Positions 38,926 through 48,052 of a stretch of 64,000 nt of DNA are shown here, piece by piece. How positions within the stretch are numbered: position 1 is the stretch's first letter; each line of letters opens with the position of its first letter. The notes below the pieces were generated by a model. The model was not told where the DNA came from. It worked only from the letters and a program-made list of their open reading frames with translations, and made no database searches. The position numbers and the translations under genes were made by a program. Origin of the DNA: Thermoplasmatota archaeon (GTDB lineage: Archaea > Thermoplasmatota > JAKEGO01); assembly GCA_028279595.1 (NCBI GenBank), contig JANQNK010000008.1, positions 1-64,000 on the forward strand. The letters are read 5' to 3'.

Positions 38926-41900
38926 TCACTTACGGACCCGTGCGCGGAAGTCCTTTGTCACGAGGCATCCGTCCTTCCTTGACGTTCGGACTACACCCTT
39001 GGATTTCAATGATTTCAGGTGGTAGGAGACTGCTGGAGGTGTCACCTTCATCTTCTCCGCGAGCTTCCTCTGTGAAATCCCAGGATTCGATGCGATGACC
39101 CTGAGTATCTGCTTCTCCTTCCTCGTGAACTCCACCTCAGGCACGTCGTATCCATGTGGGTAGAACCTGCGATAGAAACCGTCAGTCTGGCTCTTGAGGT
39201 AGCCATTCCTCTCGAGTATGCGAAGGTGATGGCCGAGCGAACCGTTCGGAAGGGCCAGGTCCTTCTTGATCAACTGGTAGTGGGCCCCTGGATTGTCGGC
39301 GAGGTAATCGACGATCTCGCCCCTTGTCTCATTCTTCATGACATCCTTGCCCTTGACCCTCGAATAGAGAGGAAGGAACGCGAACAACGCGTATCTACCC
39401 CGGTCCGACGATGCGACCGCACCGAAGGCCAGGACAGCTATCAGTGCCATGGCGCCTATTGCCGGGGTGGACGTAAGAGGGATGTTCAGACCGGTGTCCT
39501 CGTCCCGGTCCGTCGGTTCGACCTCATCCGGATCCTCATCCTCCGCCTCGACCGTGAGGTATAGCTTCCCGAGATCGGAGTAATGGTTCCCGTCATAGCT
39601 CCTGATATTGATCTGGTAGGTCTCGTTCGAGAGTCCCGATGTGTTCCATTTGAACGACCACATTGTCGTACCCGTAGCGGTCTTCCATGACCCGTCGCCT
39701 ATCTGGTACTCGATCCTCTGGATCGACCCATCCTCGTCAGATGATGTCCCGGATACGGTGACGGTTCCATTAACGGTCGACCAGGACGATGGTGAATTGA
39801 TAGTGACCGAGGGTCGTACGTTTACAGTCACCGTCGTCGTCACAGTATCGCTCCATACTCCATTCCCATCCTGGACCTTCAGGGATATCGTGTGTGTCCC
39901 ATTCGACAGGTCGTCAGTATAAAGCGTGCCGTCGGTTCCGTTGTACAGCTCGCCATCGATGCTCGATGTCCAGACATACCTGGTGATCTCGACGTCGTCC
40001 ACGCAGTTCGGTGTGAAAGTAACATTGTTACCCTCTGCAATGATCGACTTGGAGACGGTCCAGATCCGTGCAACAGGTATGCCGTTCACAGTGACATTGG
40101 CGGTCTGCCGTTCACCCCATAATCCTTCATTGTCGATGGAATGGAGCGTGATCTCATGTGTCCCGTTCGATAGGGACGATGTTGACCAGACCTGCGAGGT
40201 TCCGTTGAATAATTCCCCATCGATTGATGATGTCCACACAAGAAGAGCCACCGAGCCATCGAAATCGAATCCGGTGCCGTTGAATGTGATCTCGTCACCC
40301 TCGTCGACGCTTGAGGGGTGGACGCTCTTGATCGTGGCGACCGGTGCGATGTTCTCTCCGGATGAGGACTCCTCGTTCCATGGTTCCATCAGAGGATACG
40401 GGTCCTTGACCTGGCCAGAAGAACCGTTTCCGGTACCGTTGTCGCCTCCCGAGGAATCGGATGCTATGTAATATGGAGTATCCCCGATCCCGTCATCATC
40501 ATCGTCCTCTCCATCATAGTCGGACCAGTAGTTGCCAGCGGACCCATTATGCCAAATTGCAGAACCATACTCATCATATACTTGCGTATTGACCCGATTG
40601 TCGATGAAATCATTGTGGTGGATGGTTATGGTTCCCCCGAGCTTTCGTTCTATGTAGATGCCGCCATGGTTCTCGACGAACCTGTTGAACTTGATCGTGT
40701 GGTTGAACGCATCATCGATCTCGATGCCATATTGGCCAGAGCCATTGACAACACCACATTTCTTGATTGTATTGTTGCGTATGACAATATTATCGGAGCT
40801 TCTTGAAAAAATACCAATTCGGTCGGTCCTCGTTATTAGATTTCCAACGATATGGATATTATCTGCTTCCCTGAGGTAAACGCTGTTCTGGTTCGTTCTT
40901 ATCTCGTTGCCCCAAATTTTAATTGAATATCCTTCGTGGACCTCGATAGGTACGTCAGAATTCACCAGATAGCAATCATGGATCTGACTGTTCCCTGACC
41001 TATCGAAATAGATACCAACGTCGTCTTTTGATGTGATATCGCATGAGGTGATATTTATCTCCATTGAGTTCCTTATCATGAGTCCAGTCGAGTTCGAATT
41101 GAGATCACAATCCTCAACAACCACATCGTTCGACATGACCATATGGATGGAATAATCGCACTTCGTTGTCGTAACGTTCTTTATTATACTATCATTGGTG
41201 AATCCGATAAGTATTGGATACGTCGTATCGCGGAGTGTCTGATCTCTGATCGTGGCTTTGGTACAATTGGCGATGATGATCTGGCCTCCTCCAATTGGAA
41301 CCGTGACATTCTCCTGGTTCTTGATGTAGAGGATGGGGTTCCCGTCGATCGTGTTCGATTGATCGATGTAATGGGATGACCACTCGTCCGCTTCCGACCA
41401 AGAAGGATAATAGGAGGGGTATGTCCGAATGAAAAGGCATCCGTTGTAGAGGGTATTGTTCCGGAACGTCAGGTCGACTGTATCCTGGATGAATATGCTA
41501 AGACCTGGCGATGTGATCGTGTTTCCATGGTAGGACGAATGGTCCGAGCTTGCGATATCAATGCCGAAAACGCTTGCCCATATCGTATTGTTGATGATGA
41601 GGTTGTTGATATTACTGTGGTGATAAATACCGACACGATTCGATTTAATCTCATTTCTAATGATACTCGTTTCAATGTTCCTGTAGGACCAGATCCCGTT
41701 GCTGCTGGCATCGAGAAGTGAGTTGGATATCGTAATATTGTCATTCCATCGTAAATAGATACCAGTAGAAACAGTATCCATTGAATCAGACCCGTTCGGG
41801 CCTCCACCACCTATGACCTTTCCAACACATTGAACATTGTCTACAGTACTGTTGTCGCAGTTCTGTAACCTTATTCCAGTACGAACCTCATGATCGCAAG

Positions 41901-44900
41901 TGATGTTCGTGATGGATACGTAACTGGACCATTCGACAGATATTCCTTCGTCCTTGTGAGACGACAGGTGGATCCCGTCGAGGAATGAGTTGTCACAACT
42001 TTCCAAACGTAGGCCAGTAGAGTCGCCGTTGCTGCCTGTTACGGAAATGTCACTGAGGTTGATCTGGACTCCGATGACCTGGACGATGGGACCCCGGTCA
42101 CCATAGATTTCAGAGGTCGTTCCATTCCCGACTATTGTCACTGCGATTGTGATGTTGATGTATTCGTGATATTCACCGTCGTATATACGGATCTCATCAC
42201 CATCCTGAGCTGCGTCCAGTGCGTCTCCGATCGATGAGAAATCCGCACCAGCCCAATCATCATCGACTATCAAGGTCACGGGGTCGCGGGTCCCATTCCT
42301 TCTCATAAGAGGACGAAGGTCCACAGACCCGGATGAGCCATTGAATGTATATGGGGTGTCACCTATTCCATTGCCATCGCTGTCCACTCCAGAATAATCA
42401 CCCCAATAGTTGCCGTAGAAACCGTCGTCCCAGTAATTGTCATCACTTTCGACGAGTCCCTGCTCGACGCCATCATCGGTGTTGTCGATCGCGTTGTTGT
42501 GGTGTAGAATGTTATCTATTGAGTCCTGATCGATCGTGATCGCGAATTCGTCATTATCCATAATGTAATTGTATACCACTGTGATCCCAGATGTCTCTTC
42601 GAGCACGATTCCGCCACCTGAATTTCCGATTATTCTGCATCTCTCGATAGTTCCATTCGTGACTCCTTCGCAGACCAATCCATCGCCCGAGTTCCTTCTG
42701 ATGGTAGAGTCCCTGAATTTTGCCCGTTGAGAGTTCGATACGATGATCGCATCGGAACCGCTATCCCTGATCGTGGAATTCGCGAACCTGAACGCTATGC
42801 AATCGACTATGGAGAGACCGACTCCCAGGTTGTTTTCGATCACACATTCATCGATGCGCAATCGTGCTACATCTTCCGCATAGAGACCCGACCCGTTCGA
42901 GGAAGAGCCGCCGCCCTGGATCGATAGACCACTGATGATCGTATCATCGGACATCACTGATAATGTAATCCCGGACCCACCTGCATCGACGGTAGTTCCA
43001 CTCGAACCATTTCCTACGATCGTCAATGGCAGGTTCACAACTATCTTCTCGTTGTAGGTCCCCGAATAAACCAGGATCATGTCATTCGATGTCGCGTTTT
43101 GAAGTGCTGATGAGATCGTGGTATGGGATGCCCAGGATCCTGGGTCATCATCGACAATCAGTAGGGACCTGTCGGTCAGAGGGTACCTGTCCCAGATGGT
43201 GATGTTCTCATCGTTATAAATGTAATACGGGGACTCGCCAACTCCATCGTCATCCGTGTCATAACCTTGATAATCGGACCACCAGTTCCCCTCGGACCCA
43301 TCATCGTATTGGTTGTTCAATGTTCCATTCGGATTGCGCCCTTGGTCGGAGATCTGGGGAGAAAGGCCGTTTTCGAGGAAGGTGTTGTGATGGATCAGAT
43401 TGCTATCGCCATCGACGTCAATGCCATATCCTGTATTGTCCTGGAACAGGCACCAGGATATGATGTTGTCGTCACCATTGACAAAGACCGGAGTACCATC
43501 ATTTCCAATGAACCTCGAATTGCGGATCGAGCTGTTCGATTTCAATTTGATACCGACACGTGAATTGTTACTGAAGGTCGAATTCAAGATCTCCAAAAAG
43601 TCGTTGTTTCCCATTTCATTGCCCCACCCTTCAGAATTATTGTGTATATGAACATCATGCAGTACGACCGAATCGAGATTGCGGATAAAGAGCGGATCCT
43701 CTTTGCAATATGAGATGGTCATGTTTTCCATCGTGAGATTTCCTCCTCCGTATTCCCAAGCGAATCCTGGACCCTCTGCCGAGGTCAATATGGTATCCCG
43801 AATGGTGAAATCATCGCAACGATCAACCTGGATCGCTCCGCGCCAATCTCCAGATTCGTTGCAAATGAATCTGCTGTTCGCTACAGTGATTCGACCACAA
43901 CCATCGAATTCTATCCCGTAAAAGATGTCGTACGTCCACCCATCCAGGAGGAGGTCCTCACAGTAGCTGAAGCGAATGGTATCTGAATAATTGAACAACG
44001 AGATATTGGACATCTGAAGACCTTCGACCTTATAGAAATCCAACCACCTAGTATCTGTGAAGGTGAGGTTTTCGACGACCACGTTCACCGAATCATCGAT
44101 GCTCAGTGAATCGCCAGGTCCACTGATCCTGCAGTTCGAAACGGAAGCGTCGTACAGATCGCTAAGTTTCAGTCCAAAATAGTCCATACGATAGATTTCA
44201 CAATTCTCGATCGTCACGTTGTCACAGTATTCTATCCATGCACCGGTCATCTGATCTGAGAAGGAACCGTTAGATAGGGTAACATCTGAACTGAAGTATG
44301 CCTGCAATCCGGATTTCGCATCATTAGTGGTCAGACCATCGACCATCACGCTAGTACAATTGATAATAATGACTTGACCAGCATTGGAAGGTACGATGAT
44401 ATCGCTCTGGTCCGTATACCTGTGGATGTCCTTCCCGTTCGTGGTGCAATCGACCACGGTGGTAGTGCCCGCGTTCGTGGCGTTCGAAACGCGTTCGTAG
44501 AAACCACAATCGAGGAAAGAACAATTTGAGACGTATACGTTCGTGGACGATGAGCTGAGATAGATCCCGCCCCCATTGAATTCGTCGAATATACAGTCCT
44601 CTATCGATACGTTGTCCGACCATAGAATGCTGATACCTCGAGCATTACTGCCCGATCCGTTCAAGCGCAGTCCTTCGACACGAACATCGTCACCCTCGAC
44701 AGCGATCAGAGGGGAACTGCCATCGAGTTCGAGGAATGATGAGGAACCATTGCCGATGATCGTCAACTCTTGATCGACCACGACGGCACCGCCATAGACT
44801 GAGTCCATTGAGTACGTTCCAGAATATACAAGGATCGTATCACCGGCGGAACTGTCATCTACAGCGTCGGCCAGATTGTCGTGATCCGCCCAATCCCCGT

Positions 44901-45060
44901 CGTCATCATCGACGACCCACGTCTTCGCTCCGACCTCCGGCACCAGGAGTAGGGAGACTACCAACACGAGGCCGAGGATGAATAACACAATAGGACGATG
45001 AAACATCCTCGACCCCAGGAACATTCGGGAAACCATATCGCTCTTCCCTTTCCATATCAT
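38926..45060 (-). CDS. Membrane-tethered transcription factor: 3 beta-helix modules, 2 PKD-like repeats, Ig domain, TM, tandem winged-helix
   Basis: Signal peptide; three VDDD...GN.W.DY..D.DG.G..PY units; TM; PLYS..RG..DNPGAHY..HHL..RFYP..SNPGISQ..YHL. Confidence 0.85.
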   Translation of the reverse strand: MIWKGKSDMVSRMFLGSRMFHRPIVLFILGLVLVVSLLLVPEVGAKTWVVDDDDGDWADHDNLADAVDDSSAGDTILVYSGTYSMDSVYGGAVVVDQELTIIGNGSSSFLELDGSSPLIAVEGDDVRVEGLRLNGSGSNARGISILWSDNVSIEDCIFDEFNGGGIYLSSSSTNVYVSNCSFLDCGFYERVSNATNAGTTTVVDCTTNGKDIHRYTDQSDIIVPSNAGQVIIINCTSVMVDGLTTNDAKSGLQAYFSSDVTLSNGSFSDQMTGAWIEYCDNVTIENCEIYRMDYFGLKLSDLYDASVSNCRISGPGDSLSIDDSVNVVVENLTFTDTRWLDFYKVEGLQMSNISLFNYSDTIRFSYCEDLLLDGWTYDIFYGIEFDGCGRITVANSRFICNESGDWRGAIQVDRCDDFTIRDTILTSAEGPGFAWEYGGGNLTMENMTISYCKEDPLFIRNLDSVVLHDVHIHNNSEGWGNEMGNNDFLEILNSTFSNNSRVGIKLKSNSSIRNSRFIGNDGTPVFVNGDDNIISWCLFQDNTGYGIDVDGDSNLIHHNTFLENGLSPQISDQGRNPNGTLNNQYDDGSEGNWWSDYQGYDTDDDGVGESPYYIYNDENITIWDRYPLTDRSLLIVDDDPGSWASHTTISSALQNATSNDMILVYSGTYNEKIVVNLPLTIVGNGSSGTTVDAGGSGITLSVMSDDTIISGLSIQGGGSSSNGSGLYAEDVARLRIDECVIENNLGVGLSIVDCIAFRFANSTIRDSGSDAIIVSNSQRAKFRDSTIRRNSGDGLVCEGVTNGTIERCRIIGNSGGGIVLEETSGITVVYNYIMDNDEFAITIDQDSIDNILHHNNAIDNTDDGVEQGLVESDDNYWDDGFYGNYWGDYSGVDSDGNGIGDTPYTFNGSSGSVDLRPLMRRNGTRDPVTLIVDDDWAGADFSSIGDALDAAQDGDEIRIYDGEYHEYINITIAVTIVGNGTTSEIYGDRGPIVQVIGVQINLSDISVTGSNGDSTGLRLESCDNSFLDGIHLSSHKDEGISVEWSSYVSITNITCDHEVRTGIRLQNCDNSTVDNVQCVGKVIGGGGPNGSDSMDTVSTGIYLRWNDNITISNSLLDASSNGIWSYRNIETSIIRNEIKSNRVGIYHHSNINNLIINNTIWASVFGIDIASSDHSSYHGNTITSPGLSIFIQDTVDLTFRNNTLYNGCLFIRTYPSYYPSWSEADEWSSHYIDQSNTIDGNPILYIKNQENVTVPIGGGQIIIANCTKATIRDQTLRDTTYPILIGFTNDSIIKNVTTTKCDYSIHMVMSNDVVVEDCDLNSNSTGLMIRNSMEINITSCDITSKDDVGIYFDRSGNSQIHDCYLVNSDVPIEVHEGYSIKIWGNEIRTNQNSVYLREADNIHIVGNLITRTDRIGIFSRSSDNIVIRNNTIKKCGVVNGSGQYGIEIDDAFNHTIKFNRFVENHGGIYIERKLGGTITIHHNDFIDNRVNTQVYDEYGSAIWHNGSAGNYWSDYDGEDDDDDGIGDTPYYIASDSSGGDNGTGNGSSGQVKDPYPLMEPWNEESSSGENIAPVATIKSVHPSSVDEGDEITFNGTGFDFDGSVALLVWTSSIDGELFNGTSQVWSTSSLSNGTHEITLHSIDNEGLWGERQTANVTVNGIPVARIWTVSKSIIAEGNNVTFTPNCVDDVEITRYVWTSSIDGELYNGTDGTLYTDDLSNGTHTISLKVQDGNGVWSDTVTTTVTVNVRPSVTINSPSSWSTVNGTVTVSGTSSDEDGSIQRIEYQIGDGSWKTATGTTMWSFKWNTSGLSNETYQINIRSYDGNHYSDLGKLYLTVEAEDEDPDEVEPTDRDEDTGLNIPLTSTPAIGAMALIAVLAFGAVASSDRGRYALFAFLPLYSRVKGKDVMKNETRGEIVDYLADNPGAHYQLIKKDLALPNGSLGHHLRILERNGYLKSQTDGFYRRFYPHGYDVPEVEFTRKEKQILRVIASNPGISQRKLAEKMKVTPPAVSYHLKSLKSKGVVRTSRKDGCLVTKDFRARVRK

Positions 45061-45103
45061 TTGATCCCCTCATCGTCTTCTTCGTGTTATTACCCTTTTG
45101 AGG

Positions 45104-45132
45104 TTATATATGCAGATTGGAACACTTCTTTA
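45104..45132 (-). promoter_or_regulatory. TATA-adjacent dyad motif, copy 2
   Basis: AGATTGGAAC-ACT-TCTTTA (45114-45132) abutting TATATAA on the minus strand. Confidence 0.6.
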
Positions 45133-45262
45133 ATTATCGATCGTCCTGCCTGGATTGGGATTTGGAAAGACGGCCTCCAGATTACCGATCGTTCGATCAC
45201 TCGTTCGGACATACGGGCCGATCCGCATGACTGGCTCTTGCGCTGTCAGGTCGATCTCACGT

Positions 45263-46852
45263 TCAATTCCGGCGTTTTCTCACCAGTACCACGACGGCGA
45301 TGGCCGCGACGACGAACACCATCTCCATCCCGGGGCTGGACCCGCCGCCATCTCCGCCGGCCTTCGGTTCCGTGGTCACATCGATGTATCCTTCATCGTA
45401 CGAGCTGAACCAGGGATCGTAGTTGATCATCCTCAAACCGGCAGCGTTCATCTCGTAGTTGGTGGTGTCGCCGATAGACGACAGCGGGACCACGATGACG
45501 ACCTCATCGTCTTCAGGGATAGCGTAGGAGATCGTGTCTATATCATCGGCGACCTGGTCCATGATCATCGCGGTATCCATCATCGCTGTTGCCACGTAGA
45601 CAGCGTTGTCGAAGTCCGTCAGGTCCTTGGTCCCGGACGGGAACATGTAGACCATGAAGGCATTGAGGTCGTCGCCGGAGCTGACGTTCATGGTCCCGTC
45701 GATCTCGATCTCCAGGAACAGATGCTCGCCGGACGTCAGAGCGGTGAACTGGACGATATCGATCTCCGGATAGCCTCCGACGACCTTGTCATCCTCGTCC
45801 ATCACATCGTCGAGGTCGTCGTCCTCCGCGTATATCTCTTCGGCGATATGGACCATGATATCATCGGATGTCACGAGATCGTCCTCATCCGTCGTTGTCA
45901 ATGTTATGACGAAGGACCCGATGTCATGACTGAGCCAAACTGGATTCTCCGATGTCGACTCCTCCGTGATCCCGTCCGATGCGTTGTAGTCCCATGACCA
46001 GGTGAGCTCCTTCTTCGAATAGATCGTGCAATAGTCCCGCAGCCTCAGATTCTCACCCGGTTCGCCCAGGACGTCCCCGGCTATCGGACCGATCAGCGCG
46101 ACACTCGAGTTGATGAAGACGTTGTCGTCGCAGTATTGGTCCATCTCAAGGGGTCCATCGACGTTGCCGGCGACCTCGTTGAGGATGAACATGTTGTCAT
46201 CGGACAGCGCCATGGATATGCCGTAGGCGCCGTTCGACGAGATGTTGTTTCCGCTTATGTTGTTGTTGTCAGAGAGCGAGATGTACAACCCATCGTCGGA
46301 GTGGTTGATGCACACGTTGTCGACCACAGTGTTGTCGTCGGAGTCGAAGATGTAGATCGCAGTATAGTCGCCCTCCATGATCGTATTCCCGGTGACGACA
46401 CAGTTGAACACGTTGTCCAGCCTGATGCCGTAATCGTTGTCGACGAGGAGGTTGTCCGTGATCGTGGTGTCGTTGGCCTCGCAGTCGATTCCCTTTCCGA
46501 GATAGGGAGCACCCGTCACCATGAAGTCGCTGAACGTGCAGCCCGGAGCCGTTATCGTCACCACGTTACCGAAGCCGGTCCCGATGTCAAGGATTGTCTG
46601 GTCCGAACCGTTCCCCATCAGGTACAGCTGTTTATCGATCTCGACCTCTTCGGAATATGAACCGTTGAAGACGAGGATGGTATCTCCGGCAGTGGCGTTC
46701 TCGATCGCACTCTGTATGGTATTGTAGTCTGCCCATGGTCCGTCATCGTCGTCGACGAAGATCGTCTCTCCAGTCGATGATCCCGATACCAGGACGATCG
46801 CCAGAACGGTCAACAGCACGGCTGGTATCAACTTCGAATATCCCCTCTTCAT
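45263..46852 (-). CDS. Cell-surface beta-helix/PKD protein with PGF-CTERM-like anchor
   Basis: Signal peptide, VDDDDGPW cap, C-terminal SPGMEMVFVVAAIAVVVLVRKRRN. Confidence 0.8.
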   Translation of the reverse strand: MKRGYSKLIPAVLLTVLAIVLVSGSSTGETIFVDDDDGPWADYNTIQSAIENATAGDTILVFNGSYSEEVEIDKQLYLMGNGSDQTILDIGTGFGNVVTITAPGCTFSDFMVTGAPYLGKGIDCEANDTTITDNLLVDNDYGIRLDNVFNCVVTGNTIMEGDYTAIYIFDSDDNTVVDNVCINHSDDGLYISLSDNNNISGNNISSNGAYGISMALSDDNMFILNEVAGNVDGPLEMDQYCDDNVFINSSVALIGPIAGDVLGEPGENLRLRDYCTIYSKKELTWSWDYNASDGITEESTSENPVWLSHDIGSFVITLTTTDEDDLVTSDDIMVHIAEEIYAEDDDLDDVMDEDDKVVGGYPEIDIVQFTALTSGEHLFLEIEIDGTMNVSSGDDLNAFMVYMFPSGTKDLTDFDNAVYVATAMMDTAMIMDQVADDIDTISYAIPEDDEVVIVVPLSSIGDTTNYEMNAAGLRMINYDPWFSSYDEGYIDVTTEPKAGGDGGGSSPGMEMVFVVAAIAVVVLVRKRRN

Positions 46853-46886
46853 AGTGGTCACCGGTTTGACCAACGAGGTAGGGATA

Positions 46887-47969
46887 TTAAAACCTGGCCC
46901 CCCGCTTCCCGAGCGCCTTCAGTGCAATGGCCTTGTCCGGGCAGACCTCGTGACAGCAGAAGCACCGAATGCACTTCTCGTATTCGATCACTGCCCTGTC
47001 TTCGGGGATCGTGATCGCGTCCTTCGGACAGATCTCCTCACACCTGCCGCAGGCTGTGCATCTCTCGGTGATCACCGGACTACGCTTTGGCGTTCGTTTA
47101 CCGGTGGCGATGTGGCCAGCTCCCGAGGGCAGTTTGAACCCCATCACCATTACATCTTCAGGTGTCAGGACCGGGTAGTCGATGCTGTCGGGCCACAGGT
47201 CCCTGAACTTCGCCCTCTTCAGCGTCGGGACGCCGACGGGTTCGATGTTGAGCATCCTGCAGACCGCGATGTCCATTGCCACGGCGTCGGTCGACGCCAT
47301 CAGGACGCCGGTGTCGACAGGGTCCCCGCCCATGGGACCATTGCCCACCATCCCCATGATCCCGTCCAAGATGAACAGGTCAGGAGGTGTGACGGAAAGG
47401 ACGTCCAGGAGCATGTCGGCGAATGCTTGCTTCCTTGGATACACCGCATGGTACCTGGCCTTCTCGGCCCCCGGGACGATGCCGTACATTATCTTCGTGG
47501 CCAGGGTCATGACCTGGTAGACGTGCGTCTTGAGCTTCGGGAGGGCGATGATCCTGTCAGCACCCAGTGCGAAATCGCAGACCTTCAGACGCCGTATGCG
47601 TTTTCCGCCCTTGACATCGACCTTCGTCCAGCCGGTGTCGTAGTTCAGTTCGATCCCGAGGTCATCGGCGATCGCGGTCATCCCGGTGAAGTCGTATGCG
47701 TCCTTCAATCCTTTTTTCGAGAAGCGTCCGGCGGGGGAGTCGCCGATGAACGGCTCCCCGCCCGCGTCGATGACGGATTTGGCGACAGCTGAGATAACAT
47801 CAGGGTGGGTCGTGACGGCGGTCGAAGGGTCGCTGGCCTGGAGCAGGTTCACCTTCAAACAGACCCGGTCACCCTTCGAAACGTACCTGGCCATCCCGCC
47901 AATGGGTTCGACAAGGGACCCGATGTCAACGGCCCGATATTCCTGTTTCGAGATGGCGACCTGGCTCAC
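46887..47969 (-). CDS. DUF362 + 2x[4Fe-4S] protein
   Basis: KVNLL, TTHP, PKLKTH, DGIMGM.GNGP, CTACGRC...CP/CIRCFCC...CP. Confidence 0.88.
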   Translation of the reverse strand: MSQVAISKQEYRAVDIGSLVEPIGGMARYVSKGDRVCLKVNLLQASDPSTAVTTHPDVISAVAKSVIDAGGEPFIGDSPAGRFSKKGLKDAYDFTGMTAIADDLGIELNYDTGWTKVDVKGGKRIRRLKVCDFALGADRIIALPKLKTHVYQVMTLATKIMYGIVPGAEKARYHAVYPRKQAFADMLLDVLSVTPPDLFILDGIMGMVGNGPMGGDPVDTGVLMASTDAVAMDIAVCRMLNIEPVGVPTLKRAKFRDLWPDSIDYPVLTPEDVMVMGFKLPSGAGHIATGKRTPKRSPVITERCTACGRCEEICPKDAITIPEDRAVIEYEKCIRCFCCHEVCPDKAIALKALGKRGARF

Positions 47970-48052
47970 GGGGGGGAGTCACATCATGGATACTTAATCC
48001 TGACCGCTGAAACCGTGGCAACCCTTTTCTAATCCGGAACGGTTCCCGGACC

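Noticed and set aside
40500-44600. Low-GC block as a mobile element
   Set aside because: Entirely within one uninterrupted ORF; no transposase, integrase or terminal repeats
38858-45132. GTTCCAAT motif resembling the start of some archaeal CRISPR repeats
   Set aside because: Isolated copies 6 kb apart; no repeat-spacer array or cas genes
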